From positions 2,944,001-3,008,000 of the forward strand of contig OZ241362.1 in NCBI GenBank assembly GCA_965200315.1: a stretch of DNA of 64,000 nucleotides. Reading direction: 5' to 3'. Shown in pieces: positions 63,043-64,000 of this stretch. The translations under genes were made by a program, and so were the position numbers. The first letter of the stretch is position 1; each line of letters starts with the position of its first letter. Below the pieces are notes generated by a model that was not told the origin of the DNA, did no database searches, and saw only the letters and a program-made list of their open reading frames with translations. This DNA comes from Candidatus Latescibacterota bacterium (GTDB taxonomy: Bacteria; Latescibacterota; UBA2968; UBA8231).

Positions 63043-63936
63043 TTACGCCTCCTTGAGAAAGCGGACTAATCCGCTACCTACGCCGGCATTGCCGCCAAGC
63101 TGCAATGGCGCGTCGGGATTTGGTAAGGCCGCATTGAATGTGTCATCCGCCTTTTTGAATGTGTCATCCGCCTTTTGATTGTTGAATTCCGACAGCGCGA
63201 AAATTCCCCACAGCACGGCCTCGGCAGGTAGATTTTCCTCATTCCATAGTGCGCCTTTGCGGACGGTGCCAGTGTTGGGATCAATGGCGATACGGGTGCG
63301 AATCTCGGTGGCGGTTTCGGCGAGAAAGCTCATGACTTCATCGGGCAGCAACGCAAAGCGGCAGGTAAAATCTTTCCGGGCTTCGGCATCGTTATCGTCA
63401 TCGTTGGGATGCACGATCCGTGCGATGCGTTTTGCCCACGGATCTAGTGACTCTTCCTTGTTTGCCTGCAAGTCGAGGTCTTCGAGCACCAGCTTTCCAT
63501 CAATGAGATTGACAGAGGCCCCCGTCACGTTTGCCGTATCATTGGCGGGGCTGTCCGGCAACTTAGGTGGGGAAACGCCTGCCAACTTTAGATCGCGTTC
63601 ATAGCGGGTCAGGATGAACGGCGAGGTGACGTAACTGACGATGCCAGCTAAGCAGCGCACCGGCAACACCAGCAGATGTGCGTCTCCAATGGCCAAGGCA
63701 CCGGCAAAGGCGGCCTTATCGCTCTTGATCTTCTTGGGACCAAACAAGGTTTCTGCGATGTTTGGGTCGTAGTTGGTAGTGTGCTCGCGCAGTACGCCGC
63801 GTAGCGAAGAGCCTGGCACGATGGGGAGTTGGGTTGCCCGCGCACGGGCGATGGGCAGGTCCACCACGCCCGCGGACTGACCAGTTCCGCAGTGCAATGC
63901 GGAGAGGGCGTAGAGATGAAAGAGTTTTGCTTGCAT
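63043..63936 (-). CDS. cmr4: Type III-B RAMP Cmr4
   Basis: LHCGTG, VDLPIAR (catalytic Asp), PGSSLRG, GALWNEE, QLGGNAGVGSG. Confidence 0.95.
   Translation of the reverse strand: MQAKLFHLYALSALHCGTGQSAGVVDLPIARARATQLPIVPGSSLRGVLREHTTNYDPNIAETLFGPKKIKSDKAAFAGALAIGDAHLLVLPVRCLAGIVSYVTSPFILTRYERDLKLAGVSPPKLPDSPANDTANVTGASVNLIDGKLVLEDLDLQANKEESLDPWAKRIARIVHPNDDDNDAEARKDFTCRFALLPDEVMSFLAETATEIRTRIAIDPNTGTVRKGALWNEENLPAEAVLWGIFALSEFNNQKADDTFKKADDTFNAALPNPDAPLQLGGNAGVGSGLVRFLKEA
63134..63175. repeat. Perfect 21-bp tandem duplication inside cmr4
   Basis: (TTGAATGTGTCATCCGCCTTT)2, giving KADDTF twice. Confidence 0.9.
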
Positions 63937-63972
63937 AAAAATTGTCCTTTCAGAAACAGGCTATGCAACCTA

Positions 63973-64000
63973 TCAGACGGGTTTCCACAGGCTAGGCAGG
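63973..64000 (-). CDS. 3' end of the upstream gene (probably cmr3), partial
   Basis: ...LPSLWKPV*; identity inferred only from usual cmr gene order. Confidence 0.3.

Noticed and set aside
59941-64000. CRISPR array near the cmr genes
   Set aside because: No regularly spaced repeats; the 21-bp repeat in cmr4 is a spacer-less coding duplication

Overview
This 64-kb window spans the chromosomal replication origin of a roughly 55-60% GC bacterium. Secreted proteins with FlgD/T9SS-like C-termini, several sulfatases and the overall gene content suggest an FCB-related lineage such as Latescibacterota (inference, not a database result). The left part carries sucCD, rplU-rpmA, RNase G, an S41 protease, tmk, rsmG, two parS sites and mnmE-yidC-yidD-rnpA-rpmH, then dnaA-[oriC]-dnaN-recF-dciA-gyrB-gyrA and three tRNAs (Ser, Ser, Gln). 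The right part is accessory or catabolic: a sugar ABC transporter, three sulfatases, dehydratases, secreted proteins, an ABC-2 exporter, an amidase, an eroding MpaB/Lcp-P450-squalene synthase locus, copper chaperones and several deletion-scar pseudogenes. It ends in the 3' half of a type III-B CRISPR-Cas operon (cmr4-cmr5-cmr6-csx16-csx1), with no array in the window. The most notable unannotated signal is at 860-1200: an XRE regulator transcribed divergently from a highly structured ~160-200 nt non-coding RNA with two C/U-rich loops and its own terminator. Each of the two back-to-back sigma70 promoters carries the same ACAC-N8-GTGT palindrome in its spacer.
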